A program made the position numbers and the translations under genes. Source: Chlamydiota bacterium (GTDB taxonomy: Bacteria > Chlamydiota > Chlamydiia > Chlamydiales > SM23-39). From it: a stretch of 42,616 nucleotides of DNA. Under the pieces are notes generated by a model. That model ran no database searches. It was not told the DNA's origin and was given only the letters and a program-made list of their open reading frames with translations. Positions 10,109-18,448 of the stretch are shown piece after piece. The stretch covers positions 1 through 42,616 of the forward strand of contig JBCAXK010000009.1 of NCBI GenBank assembly GCA_038534095.1, in the 5' to 3' direction. Numbering within the stretch: the stretch's first letter is position 1; each line of letters begins with the position of its first letter.

Positions 10109-10616
10109 AGCATTACACAATCCTAAAAAAGCGCCTATTTCCCTTAGAGATGGTTGTTTGGAAGACAAAGAGCATCTGATTTCTTGGCTGAAAGAGCCAG
10201 ACGTTTTGAACTGGTATCCCATGTACAATGACGCAGAAATTCAAGATGCCGCCAATTACTGGATCAGTTTTGCTGAGAAAAAAGCACTTTTAGTGGCAGA
10301 GTATGAAGGGATCCCTTGCGGACTTGTCAATCTCTATCTACAATCGTCGAAAAAGTTGGCTCATCACGCTCTTCTCGCGATCATTGTATCTGAAAAACTG
10401 CGAGGAAAAGGGGTGGGTACAGCGCTTTTAGAAGGAATCAAACAACGGGCCAAAGAGACCTTTCGTATGGAGATGTTGCTTCTCGAAGTGTATGACAAAA
10501 ATCCGGCGATTCGCCTCTACGAGAGGTGCGGCTTTCGAAAATATGGCTTTCAAAAGCAGTTTATTCGGGAGCCCAATCAGTATGTGGGGAAGCATTTAAT
10601 GCAGCTCGATTTATGA
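10095..10616 (+). CDS. GNAT family N-acetyltransferase (YhhY/CT458-like), copy 2
   Basis: LRGKGVGTALL, NPAIRLYERCGF and LYLQSSKKLAHH. Confidence 0.92.
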   Translation: MTSPKALHNPKKAPISLRDGCLEDKEHLISWLKEPDVLNWYPMYNDAEIQDAANYWISFAEKKALLVAEYEGIPCGLVNLYLQSSKKLAHHALLAIIVSEKLRGKGVGTALLEGIKQRAKETFRMEMLLLEVYDKNPAIRLYERCGFRKYGFQKQFIREPNQYVGKHLMQLDL

Positions 10617-11314
10617 AATGGATACGCCCATTGCCGATGACGAAAGAGGCTTTGGAGGCCTTTTTTTCTGCCAAGATGCGCTGCGAAGTGACTGTGGAAT
10701 TAACAAGTTATCAGGGCACGTTTATCCGATTTTCCATGACCTCCTCCAAGCAGGCTCGTTTATCTTTGCACCGGTTTTTTCTACGCGCCTCATCAGAAAT
10801 TTTAGAGCATGCTATTTTTTACCTTCGGGATAAAAAAAAGCGTTCATTGGGAATTCTGCGTCTATTTTTTGAACAGCCATTTTTTGCAAAATCTACGGCT
10901 ATGCTTCCTCAAAAGGTCGTCGGAGCTTGTTACGATCTTCGAGAGGTGTACCGGGACGTAGAAAATCGCTACCTTCCCTATCCTATTGATCCATTTCTTG
11001 GCTGGTTCACGCGCCCAAAAAAATCCCAACACTCGCTGACCTACGGGGCGTTTTCTCGGACAGATTGGCTCATCAAAATCAACGATCTGTTGGATCGAGA
11101 AACTGTTCCCCGCTATTTTTTGGAGTATGTGATCTATCATGAAGCGCTTCATGCGATCTGTCCTCCGCAGCTTAGCCGGGCAGGCAGAGTATTTGTACAT
11201 ACAAAGAAGTTCAAGCTGTGGGAAAAAAAATTTCCAAAACTCTCAGAAGCCTTAGCTTTTGAAAAAACCTTTTTTCTAAATTATCTTAGGGAGCAGTCGC
11301 ATGGCAGGACATAG
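10613..11314 (+). CDS. SprT-like/YgjP-type zinc metallopeptidase domain protein
   Basis: VPRYFLEYVIYHEALH (HExxH) followed by HTKKF. ATG 10613 forms an ATGA overlap with the GNAT stop. Confidence 0.8.
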   Translation: MKWIRPLPMTKEALEAFFSAKMRCEVTVELTSYQGTFIRFSMTSSKQARLSLHRFFLRASSEILEHAIFYLRDKKKRSLGILRLFFEQPFFAKSTAMLPQKVVGACYDLREVYRDVENRYLPYPIDPFLGWFTRPKKSQHSLTYGAFSRTDWLIKINDLLDRETVPRYFLEYVIYHEALHAICPPQLSRAGRVFVHTKKFKLWEKKFPKLSEALAFEKTFFLNYLREQSHGRT

Positions 11315-12014
11315 CAAATGGGCGAACATCAAACATCGCAAAGAACGGGCAGATCAAAAAAAGGGAAAGCTTTTTTCTCAGCTGACAAAAGAGCTGATCA
11401 CTGCGGTAAAAATGGGGGGCGCAGATGTAAAAACAAACGCTAAACTCCGCGCTATTCTAGAAAAGGCGAAAAAAGCGGGACTTTCTAAAGAAACCATCGA
11501 AAGAAACATCAAAAAAGCGTCGCAACTTGGAGGAGAAGGGTACGCCGAAGTGATCTACGAACTTTACGGCTATGGAGGCGTAGGGATTTTGGCGGTTGCT
11601 TTGACAGACAATAAAAACCGCACCGCCTCTTTGATGCGGATTGCAACGAATAAGAAAGGGGGCTCTATTGCGGCTCCTGGATCGGTCTCCTACAACTTTG
11701 ACCAGAAGGGAGTGATTCAAGTAGCAAAAGATCTGATGGAAGAAGATGCCCTTTTTTTGATGGCATCTGAAGCGGGCGCAGAAGATTTTGCTTCTGTGGA
11801 AGAGGGGTACATGATCATCACGCCTCCTCAGGATCTTTATGCGATGAAAGACCAGCTCGATGAGCTCCAGATTCCATCGGATGCAAGTTTAGAATTTATC
11901 CCAAAAGCAGTCGTCGCATGCAATGAAGAAGATGCTAAGCTCAATCATGAGTTAATCCAATTTTTGGAAGAAACAGAGGATGTCGATGTGGTGTATCATA
12001 ACATGGACCTTTGA
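11301..12014 (+). CDS. yebC: YebC/PmpR (TACO1) family protein
   Basis: MAGHSKWANIKHRK, TDNKNRT and DVDVVYHN. Confidence 0.95.
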   Translation: MAGHSKWANIKHRKERADQKKGKLFSQLTKELITAVKMGGADVKTNAKLRAILEKAKKAGLSKETIERNIKKASQLGGEGYAEVIYELYGYGGVGILAVALTDNKNRTASLMRIATNKKGGSIAAPGSVSYNFDQKGVIQVAKDLMEEDALFLMASEAGAEDFASVEEGYMIITPPQDLYAMKDQLDELQIPSDASLEFIPKAVVACNEEDAKLNHELIQFLEETEDVDVVYHNMDL

Positions 12015-12199
12015 GCGTTTGTTCCTTTAGCCTCTCTCTAGTACGCTTATGAAAGGCTTGATCGGATAGGTAGATTTCCTTACCTCTTTCCTCTAAATAG
12101 TGAACTGTTATTGCCTTCCTCTCATCAGATGACGCTGCAAGATCGAGCGTTTCATGCGTAGTTACTTTGCAAAACAGGCAGGGCTGATAGCCAAGTGCG

Positions 12200-12811
12200 T
12201 TATAGAAGAGAGTTCGCCTGAAGAAAAAATTCTCTAAGGCGAATGGCTGTGGTGATGAGGATGAGTCCTGTAAGAATCCAGGCCAGTACAAGAGCAAAGG
12301 AGGGGAAAAGCGCCATCATCATAAAAAACAGAAAAGCTTCCCCTCGTTCGATCAGTCCGGGGCTATAGTAGAAACTTTTCTTCGATTCGTTCTTGCTGAA
12401 AATTCCGACCACGAGAAATGAGGTGACACAAAGAAAACAGCTCCCTAAAAGAGCAAAAAAAGGGATGCCTCTATCTACCGGTTGCACCAAAAACAGGGCA
12501 AAAAGGATGAGAAATTCCACAACCCGATCGCAAAAAATATCGAGCACCGTTCCTAGCGGAGAACTTTGATTGGTCTTTCTAGCATGGGAGCCATCGAACA
12601 TATCGAAATAGCCTGATACTAGCAGCAAAAAGCAACCGAGGTAACTCCGCTCGAAGAAAATAGCGATTGCTGCTAGGATCCCAAAGAAAGCCCCGAGGAG
12701 CGTCAAGCTATTTGAAGAGTAGTTTTGGGTCCAAGACCTTTCTAAAAGAGGCTGGATGAACCGTTTTTCAAAAGAATCTCGCAAGTATCCCTCTATCATG
12801 GTTTTTTCCAC
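12200..12811 (-). CDS. CDP-alcohol phosphatidyltransferase family protein (YnjF-like)
   Basis: DMFDGSHAR..S.LGTVLDIFCD signature. The KSFYYSPGLIERGE tail is typical of YnjF-like proteins. Confidence 0.9.
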   Translation of the reverse strand: MEKTMIEGYLRDSFEKRFIQPLLERSWTQNYSSNSLTLLGAFFGILAAIAIFFERSYLGCFLLLVSGYFDMFDGSHARKTNQSSPLGTVLDIFCDRVVEFLILFALFLVQPVDRGIPFFALLGSCFLCVTSFLVVGIFSKNESKKSFYYSPGLIERGEAFLFFMMMALFPSFALVLAWILTGLILITTAIRLREFFLQANSLL

Positions 12812-13500
12812 CTCCGAATCATCACAGGAATAAGAGAAAGAACTCCTAACGACAATAGAGCAAGCTGCATATGAAAGCTAAAGATATTTTTTATCTGAAA
12901 AGGTTCTCCTGAGGAAAAAATGCTACTGAGTCCTCTTCCAGTCTGCGCGTAGGCAAAACTTCCTGGGATAATCCCTAAAAGGGTTGTGAGGAAAAAGGGG
13001 AAGAAAGCTACCTCCAACAGAGCAGGAGCGATATTGACAAGCCAAAATGGGAAGATGGGCATCAGTCGTAAAAAAAAGAGGTAGGAGGCGGGTCTTGCCT
13101 GCAACTCTTGTTGGATTTTGCGCAAACGGGTTCCAAGTAGCCGTTTTATACTGCGGCTAAGAGCGTATCTAACAACCAAAAAAAGCATGGAAGCGCCCCA
13201 GGTAGCGCCGATCACGACATAGATTGTGCAAAAAGGTTGGGGAAATAGTACCCCTCCAAGAAGAGTAAATGCGGATCCTACTGGGATGCAAAGGAAGGTA
13301 AAAAGTGCGTACAAACTTACATAAACGCAAGGAGCTAAAATAGGGTGGTTGCTTACAAACAGAGAGAGCGATGTGTGCCGCTTTTGTAGCTCAGAAAAAG
13401 AGAGGTAACTCGATCCGAAAAAATACAAGAGAGCGCTTGCAATCAAGAGCAACAGGATCGGGATGAGACGTTTCGAAATCAAGGGATGATCGTGTGACAT
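12796..13500 (-). CDS. TVP38/TMEM64 (VTT/DedA superfamily) membrane protein
   Basis: FLRLMPIFPFWLVN, TLLGIIPGSFAY and GATWGA. Confidence 0.92.
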   Translation of the reverse strand: MSHDHPLISKRLIPILLLLIASALLYFFGSSYLSFSELQKRHTSLSLFVSNHPILAPCVYVSLYALFTFLCIPVGSAFTLLGGVLFPQPFCTIYVVIGATWGASMLFLVVRYALSRSIKRLLGTRLRKIQQELQARPASYLFFLRLMPIFPFWLVNIAPALLEVAFFPFFLTTLLGIIPGSFAYAQTGRGLSSIFSSGEPFQIKNIFSFHMQLALLSLGVLSLIPVMIRRWKKP

Positions 13501-13714
13501 GAAGCCGAACCTTAAGGGACTTTTGCGAGAGAAACGTCTCTAGTTACTAACCACAAATCGCAGTTTGATATGCAGCTTTCCTCTATTTTTTGCTTTGGCC
13601 CAGATATTTGTAAACTGTTATTACGAGAGAATATTCTAATGACAAAGAGACATATCGCTTAAGAAAAGGGAATCGTGCTCGCCAATAAAAGGCAAATACG
13701 TACAATGCACTCTA

Positions 13715-16345
13715 ATGGACCCTGAAAGAAAGCGACTACAAAAAAACCGGGAAAAAAAAGAGCACTGGAGAAAGTGGGGACCCTACTTGTCAGAAAGGCA
13801 GTGGGGAACTGTGCGCGAAGATTACAGTCCTTTTGGGACTGCTTGGCAGTATTTTCCGTTTGATCAATCTGCGATGCGCACATACCGTTGGGGAGAAGAT
13901 GGGATTGGGGGCTTTTCAGACAATCACCAAAGGCTCTGCTTCAGTTTTGTTTTTTGGAATACCCGTGATGACATTTTAAAAGAACGGCTCTACGGCCTTG
14001 CTGGTGAAGAGGGGAATCATGGAGAAGATGTCAAAGAGCTCTACTACTATCTCGATGGGACTCCCACCCACTCATACATGCGCTATCTCTACAAATATCC
14101 ACAAAATCCGTATCCCTACCAAGCCCTTTTGAAAAGGAATAAAAGGCGCTCACTGAAGGAAGATGAGTATGAACTCTTAGATACAGGCGTTTTCTCACAA
14201 AAAGAGTATTTTGATCTTTTCATTCGGTACGCAAAACAGGGGCCGGAAGATCTTTTTATCGAGCTACTCGCTAAGAACCGATCGGCTAAAGAGGCGCCTC
14301 TACATATTTTGCCCACTCTTTGGTTTCGCAATACCTGGTCTTGGACTGGAGCGGAAAAAACGGCGCGTATAGAGAACAAAGGGGGAATGTTTGTTATGGA
14401 GCATCCCACTCTTGGTCGTTACCATTTTTATGCTGAAAAAGAGGGGACTCCCCTTTTTACAGAGAATGAATCCAATACACAAAAGCTTTTCCAGATCCCC
14501 AACAAAACGCCTTATGTAAAAGATGCTTTTCACGAATACATCATTCATAGCAACAAAGAAGCTGTGAATCCAAAAGAAGAAGGCACCAAAGCAGCGATCC
14601 AGTATATTCGGGACATCCCGCCCAAAGGAGAGGTTCTCTTGCGTTTCCGTTTAACCAAAGAGCCGAAAAAAATGCCTTTTGCTCAAGCTTCGTCTATTTT
14701 TGTGCAAAGACAAGAAGAGATGGAAGCCTTTTTTCATCCTCTTGTTCCGAAATATCTTGATGGGGATACAAAAAACATCCTCCATCAAGCGTTTTCTTCT
14801 TTGCTATGGGCCAAGCAGTTTTACCACTACGTCGTAGAAACTTGGCTCGAAGGAGATGATAAAGAGCAGCCGCCCCCGTTCCTAAGAAAAAAGGGGCGCA
14901 ACTATGGCTGGGAGCATCTATTCAATGATGATATCCTCTCGATTCCCGATAAATGGGAGTATCCCTGGTTTGCTTCTTGGGATACCGCTTTTCAGATGAT
15001 ACCGTACGCGCTATTGGATTCAGAATTTGCAAAAAACCAGCTCATGCTTTTTACAAGGGAGTGGTATATGCATCCAAACGGACAAATCCCGGCTTATGAG
15101 TGGAACTTTTCTGATGTGAATCCTCCCGTCCACGCCTGGGCTGCTTGGCGAGTTTATAAGATTGAACAAAAATGGCATCAGGAGGAAGACCGCGTATTTT
15201 TAGCCTCGATTTTTCAAAAACTGCTTTTGAACTTCACCTGGTGGGTGAACAGGAAGGATAGCGAGGGGAAGAACGTTTTTCAGGGGGGATTTTTAGGATT
15301 AGATAATATCAGCATTTTTGATCGCTCCGAAGTTCTTCCTATGGGAGGCTCGTTATCCCAATCGGACGCGACTTCCTGGATGGCGATGTATTCCTTAAAT
15401 ATGCTCGTGATTGCGATGGAGCTTGCGCCGAAAGAGCCCAGTTACGAGGATATGGCAAGTAAATTTTTTGAGCATTTTCTCCACATCGCTGATGCGATGA
15501 ACTATGAGCAAAAAGAGGTGCCTCCCCTTTGGGATGAAAAGGATGGTTTTTTCTACGACGTGCTCCATCTTCCAAGTGGGGAACATCTTCCTATTCGCGT
15601 CCGCTCGATGGTAGGGATCATCCCCCTCTTTGCGGTAGCTACGATCGAAAAAGAAAAGATGGAAGCGTTGCACGGGTTTCAAAAACGTTTCGATTGGTTT
15701 TTATCGAATAAGAAAAGATTATGTAAAGAGGTTGCATCGATCAACACTCAGGGGAAGGAAGGTCGGTATCTTCTCTCTATTTTGAATCGAGAACGACTAG
15801 AAAAGGTACTAGAAAAAGTCTTGGATGAAAACGAGTTTTTAAGCCCTTATGGCATTCGATCGGTTTCCTATTTTCATAAGGACCATCCCTATACTTTAGA
15901 GCTTGATGGGGCGAAGTACTGTATGGACTATGAGCCTGGAGTTTCCCACACAAAACTGTTTGGAGGCAATTCAAATTGGAGAGGTCCCATTTGGTTCCCG
16001 TTGAATTTTTTGATCATTGAATCTTTGCAAAAATTTCACCACTACTACGGGGATGATCTCAAAGTAGCGTTCCCTACAGGATCAAGCAATAAGCTCACTC
16101 TTTGGGAAGTAGCTCGGGAAATTTCGAAACGTCTTGTTTCCCTTTTTCAAAAAGAAGGCCCCTCTTTTGAGAGGCCGATTTTTCGTCCCTATGAGCAGTT
16201 ACAAGAGGATCCCGATTTTCAAGACTACCTATTTTTTCACGAGTACTTTCATCCCGAAGAGGGTAGAGGACTAGGAGCTTCTCACCAAACAGGTTGGACG
16301 AGTATTGTGGCAAAGTTGATCGTCCAGTATGGAGAGTCGACGTAA
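13715..16345 (+). CDS. MGH1-like glycoside hydrolase (GH63-related glucosidase)
   Basis: WGPYLSERQWGTVREDYS, PDKWEYPWFASWD, PAYEWNFSDVNPPVHAW, GGNSNWRGPIW and GLGASHQTGWT. Confidence 0.93.
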   Translation: MDPERKRLQKNREKKEHWRKWGPYLSERQWGTVREDYSPFGTAWQYFPFDQSAMRTYRWGEDGIGGFSDNHQRLCFSFVFWNTRDDILKERLYGLAGEEGNHGEDVKELYYYLDGTPTHSYMRYLYKYPQNPYPYQALLKRNKRRSLKEDEYELLDTGVFSQKEYFDLFIRYAKQGPEDLFIELLAKNRSAKEAPLHILPTLWFRNTWSWTGAEKTARIENKGGMFVMEHPTLGRYHFYAEKEGTPLFTENESNTQKLFQIPNKTPYVKDAFHEYIIHSNKEAVNPKEEGTKAAIQYIRDIPPKGEVLLRFRLTKEPKKMPFAQASSIFVQRQEEMEAFFHPLVPKYLDGDTKNILHQAFSSLLWAKQFYHYVVETWLEGDDKEQPPPFLRKKGRNYGWEHLFNDDILSIPDKWEYPWFASWDTAFQMIPYALLDSEFAKNQLMLFTREWYMHPNGQIPAYEWNFSDVNPPVHAWAAWRVYKIEQKWHQEEDRVFLASIFQKLLLNFTWWVNRKDSEGKNVFQGGFLGLDNISIFDRSEVLPMGGSLSQSDATSWMAMYSLNMLVIAMELAPKEPSYEDMASKFFEHFLHIADAMNYEQKEVPPLWDEKDGFFYDVLHLPSGEHLPIRVRSMVGIIPLFAVATIEKEKMEALHGFQKRFDWFLSNKKRLCKEVASINTQGKEGRYLLSILNRERLEKVLEKVLDENEFLSPYGIRSVSYFHKDHPYTLELDGAKYCMDYEPGVSHTKLFGGNSNWRGPIWFPLNFLIIESLQKFHHYYGDDLKVAFPTGSSNKLTLWEVAREISKRLVSLFQKEGPSFERPIFRPYEQLQEDPDFQDYLFFHEYFHPEEGRGLGASHQTGWTSIVAKLIVQYGEST

Positions 16346-16406
16346 GGTAAAAAAGACTTCTTTGGGATGTCTAGAGGAATATTGACCACTTCAAGAAGTT
16401 CGTGCT

Positions 16407-17366
16407 CTATTGCAGCATATTATAAATGCGGTCCAGGGCCGCTTCGAAGTTACGGTTTTGCTTTTCTTCATACGAAGCTTTGTTTTCTTTCGCTTGCTTT
16501 TGCAGCCTTTTCTCGAATGCTTCTAGTTCTTTAAGCACTTTTTGCGTATTTTCGATGTTCTTTTCTTCTTCTGCTTTCTCTCTTTGTTTTTTCTCTAGTT
16601 CTTCGGGGGCCGTTTTCGTATTCGGAATATCTTCAGAATTGAGCACAGGCAGTTTTTTAGCTAGAGATTGTACCTGAAATTGCAGATTCTCGAATGTACT
16701 AGATTTAGAAAGAACATTTGCAAAGAGTTCTGTAATAGGCGTCTTTTCAGCAAAAAAACGGTTGTAGTTTTTCGTAATCGCATTGTGCGTTTCAACGCGA
16801 GCTACACTTGTTTTATGCACATTCTCGGCACCCTTTTCCCCTAAAATATATGGGTAATTAAGACTAGCGCCCGGCGCAGTAAAAAGACAGCAGTCATTAC
16901 TTGTGTCATCAGGGCTTGTCTTTGTTATGCGAAAAACGCCACAATGCGAAAATTTGGTATCAAAAGTATATCGGATGAAATTGCATATTTTATGCGCAGT
17001 AGCTGGGAATGCCCCCGTCGTTTTGTCGGAGGGTTTTTCTCGAACAACGGGGTAAATGGCGTGCACAATCCGAAGAGCTAGCGGTTGTAAGACTTCGTAT
17101 TCATTCTTTTTTGTGGTTTCGTTTTTTTCCTTTTTTCGAGGTTTTGCAAATCTCCAAAGAGTCTGGATAGCGCGGTCGAAATCTAAGCGGTTACGTGCAT
17201 TTTTTAGATTGTCTTTGTAGTCCATCTGAGCAAGCTGGTCGTCGCTATGGCCCCAAGCCAGTGGGCTAGACTCTGCTATAGGAGAGTCTAGCTCTTGGCA
17301 TTCCCGGTAAACTTCAGCGTCGTCTCTTCGAGGAGGGGTTTGAGATAATGGTTGCATTCGATTCAT
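16407..17366 (-). CDS. Orphan protein with C-terminal coiled coil
   Basis: 319-aa ORF with an AAGGAAG RBS and a K/E-rich heptad region at the C-terminus. No recognisable domain. Confidence 0.7.
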   Translation of the reverse strand: MNRMQPLSQTPPRRDDAEVYRECQELDSPIAESSPLAWGHSDDQLAQMDYKDNLKNARNRLDFDRAIQTLWRFAKPRKKEKNETTKKNEYEVLQPLALRIVHAIYPVVREKPSDKTTGAFPATAHKICNFIRYTFDTKFSHCGVFRITKTSPDDTSNDCCLFTAPGASLNYPYILGEKGAENVHKTSVARVETHNAITKNYNRFFAEKTPITELFANVLSKSSTFENLQFQVQSLAKKLPVLNSEDIPNTKTAPEELEKKQREKAEEEKNIENTQKVLKELEAFEKRLQKQAKENKASYEEKQNRNFEAALDRIYNMLQ

Positions 17367-17595
17367 ATACTACTTCCTTTCTATTTCGGGTGGATGATCA
17401 TCGGAACGCCCTGGAATGATCATGGTAAAACTTCTGCCTTTCAGCAGGGAATCTTTAAGAGTTTTTCGCGGAGCTACCAGCGAAGTCATTTTTTCTTTTG
17501 CGCATGAAACATCTACAGCAAATAAGTCGAGTGTATTGATCAATATGTATCCTAGGAAAATAGATCTGTTTTTGTATTGAGGCCTCTTCAAAAAT

Positions 17596-18303
17596 TCATA
17601 GATCCTTCGAGCGCTCTACAGAGATTCTATGTCTTTCATCGAGGGTAGTGGGGGTCTTTGCGATAGAGCTACTGTGTATTGCTTCCCAAATCATGGAGGA
17701 TGTTTTCATGGTCCAAGAATACTGCCAGAAACGAATATTCGAGGAAAAAAGATCTTGAATGCGCGCACGTTTCCCATCATGCACAATGAAGCGGCTTTCA
17801 GGTTTTTTGTCTTCAAAAGATTCTAAACAAAGAATATCAGATTCGCTATAGATACGAAAAGTGTCAATTTTTTTAGCAATTTGGAAAAGGGCTGTGCTTT
17901 CGAAGATAAAAAAAACTGCAGCGCAGCAGATACCCCAGATCATCGCTAAAGAGGCTAGGGAACAAGACACATTCGCAAAGATAACGATCGCACCATAAGT
18001 GAGAGGGATTCCAATGCCAAGGGGAAGAGCAAAAAGTAAATAATACTTTGAACAATTGGAGATTGTTGCGCTCACTATCTCAAGGTTCGATTCAACGGCA
18101 TCGATCTTGCGAGGTTTCTGCGGGCAACTGAGAGATCTAGGCGCTGTAACGGGATAAAAACGCTCTTGAAAAATAGCAGAAAAGATGTGAGGTACTTTCG
18201 TGCCTCGAAGGGGACTTTCAGTCTGAGACAGGTAATAAGTATTATTCCGTTGATCATAAATATGGCCAGGAGGGGATTGAAAAAAATGGGTAGTAGGTGC
18301 CAT
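17596..18303 (-). CDS. Orphan membrane protein with bilobed hydrophobic segment (Inc-like)
   Basis: About 50-aa hydrophobic hairpin YYLLFALPLGIGIPLTYGAIVIFANVSCSLASLAMIWGICCAAVFFIF. Start moved to ATG 18303 because a promoter lies inside the track's 5' extension. Confidence 0.6.
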   Translation of the reverse strand: MAPTTHFFQSPPGHIYDQRNNTYYLSQTESPLRGTKVPHIFSAIFQERFYPVTAPRSLSCPQKPRKIDAVESNLEIVSATISNCSKYYLLFALPLGIGIPLTYGAIVIFANVSCSLASLAMIWGICCAAVFFIFESTALFQIAKKIDTFRIYSESDILCLESFEDKKPESRFIVHDGKRARIQDLFSSNIRFWQYSWTMKTSSMIWEAIHSSSIAKTPTTLDERHRISVERSKDL

Positions 18304-18330
18304 GTGACATGCCAAGAATATTTTCAAAGT

Positions 18331-18359
18331 AGGATACTTTGTGGAGGCAATACTTGCAA
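18331..18359 (-). promoter_or_regulatory. Putative sigma66 promoter for the Inc-like gene
   Basis: Minus strand TTGCAA-17 nt-TATCCT, 27 nt above ATG 18303. Confidence 0.5.
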
Positions 18360-18448
18360 CGAGTAAACGGCGGGCCTGAGCAAACAATAGAGCCTGCAGC
18401 ATTGCGCTTCCAACGCCATTTTTCAAGAGTCTTTAAAACACAAAATCC

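Noticed and set aside
9593..10616. GNAT toxin-antitoxin system
   Set aside because: No RHH/DUF1778 antitoxin. The locus matches the conserved chlamydial prfB-GNAT-yebC arrangement.
12015..12199. Intergenic gaps (also 3940-4327, 23869-24033, 33596-33787) as tRNA or ncRNA loci
   Set aside because: No cloverleaf, T-loop or recognisable RNA family motif seen by eye. A covariance-model search would be needed to exclude them fully.
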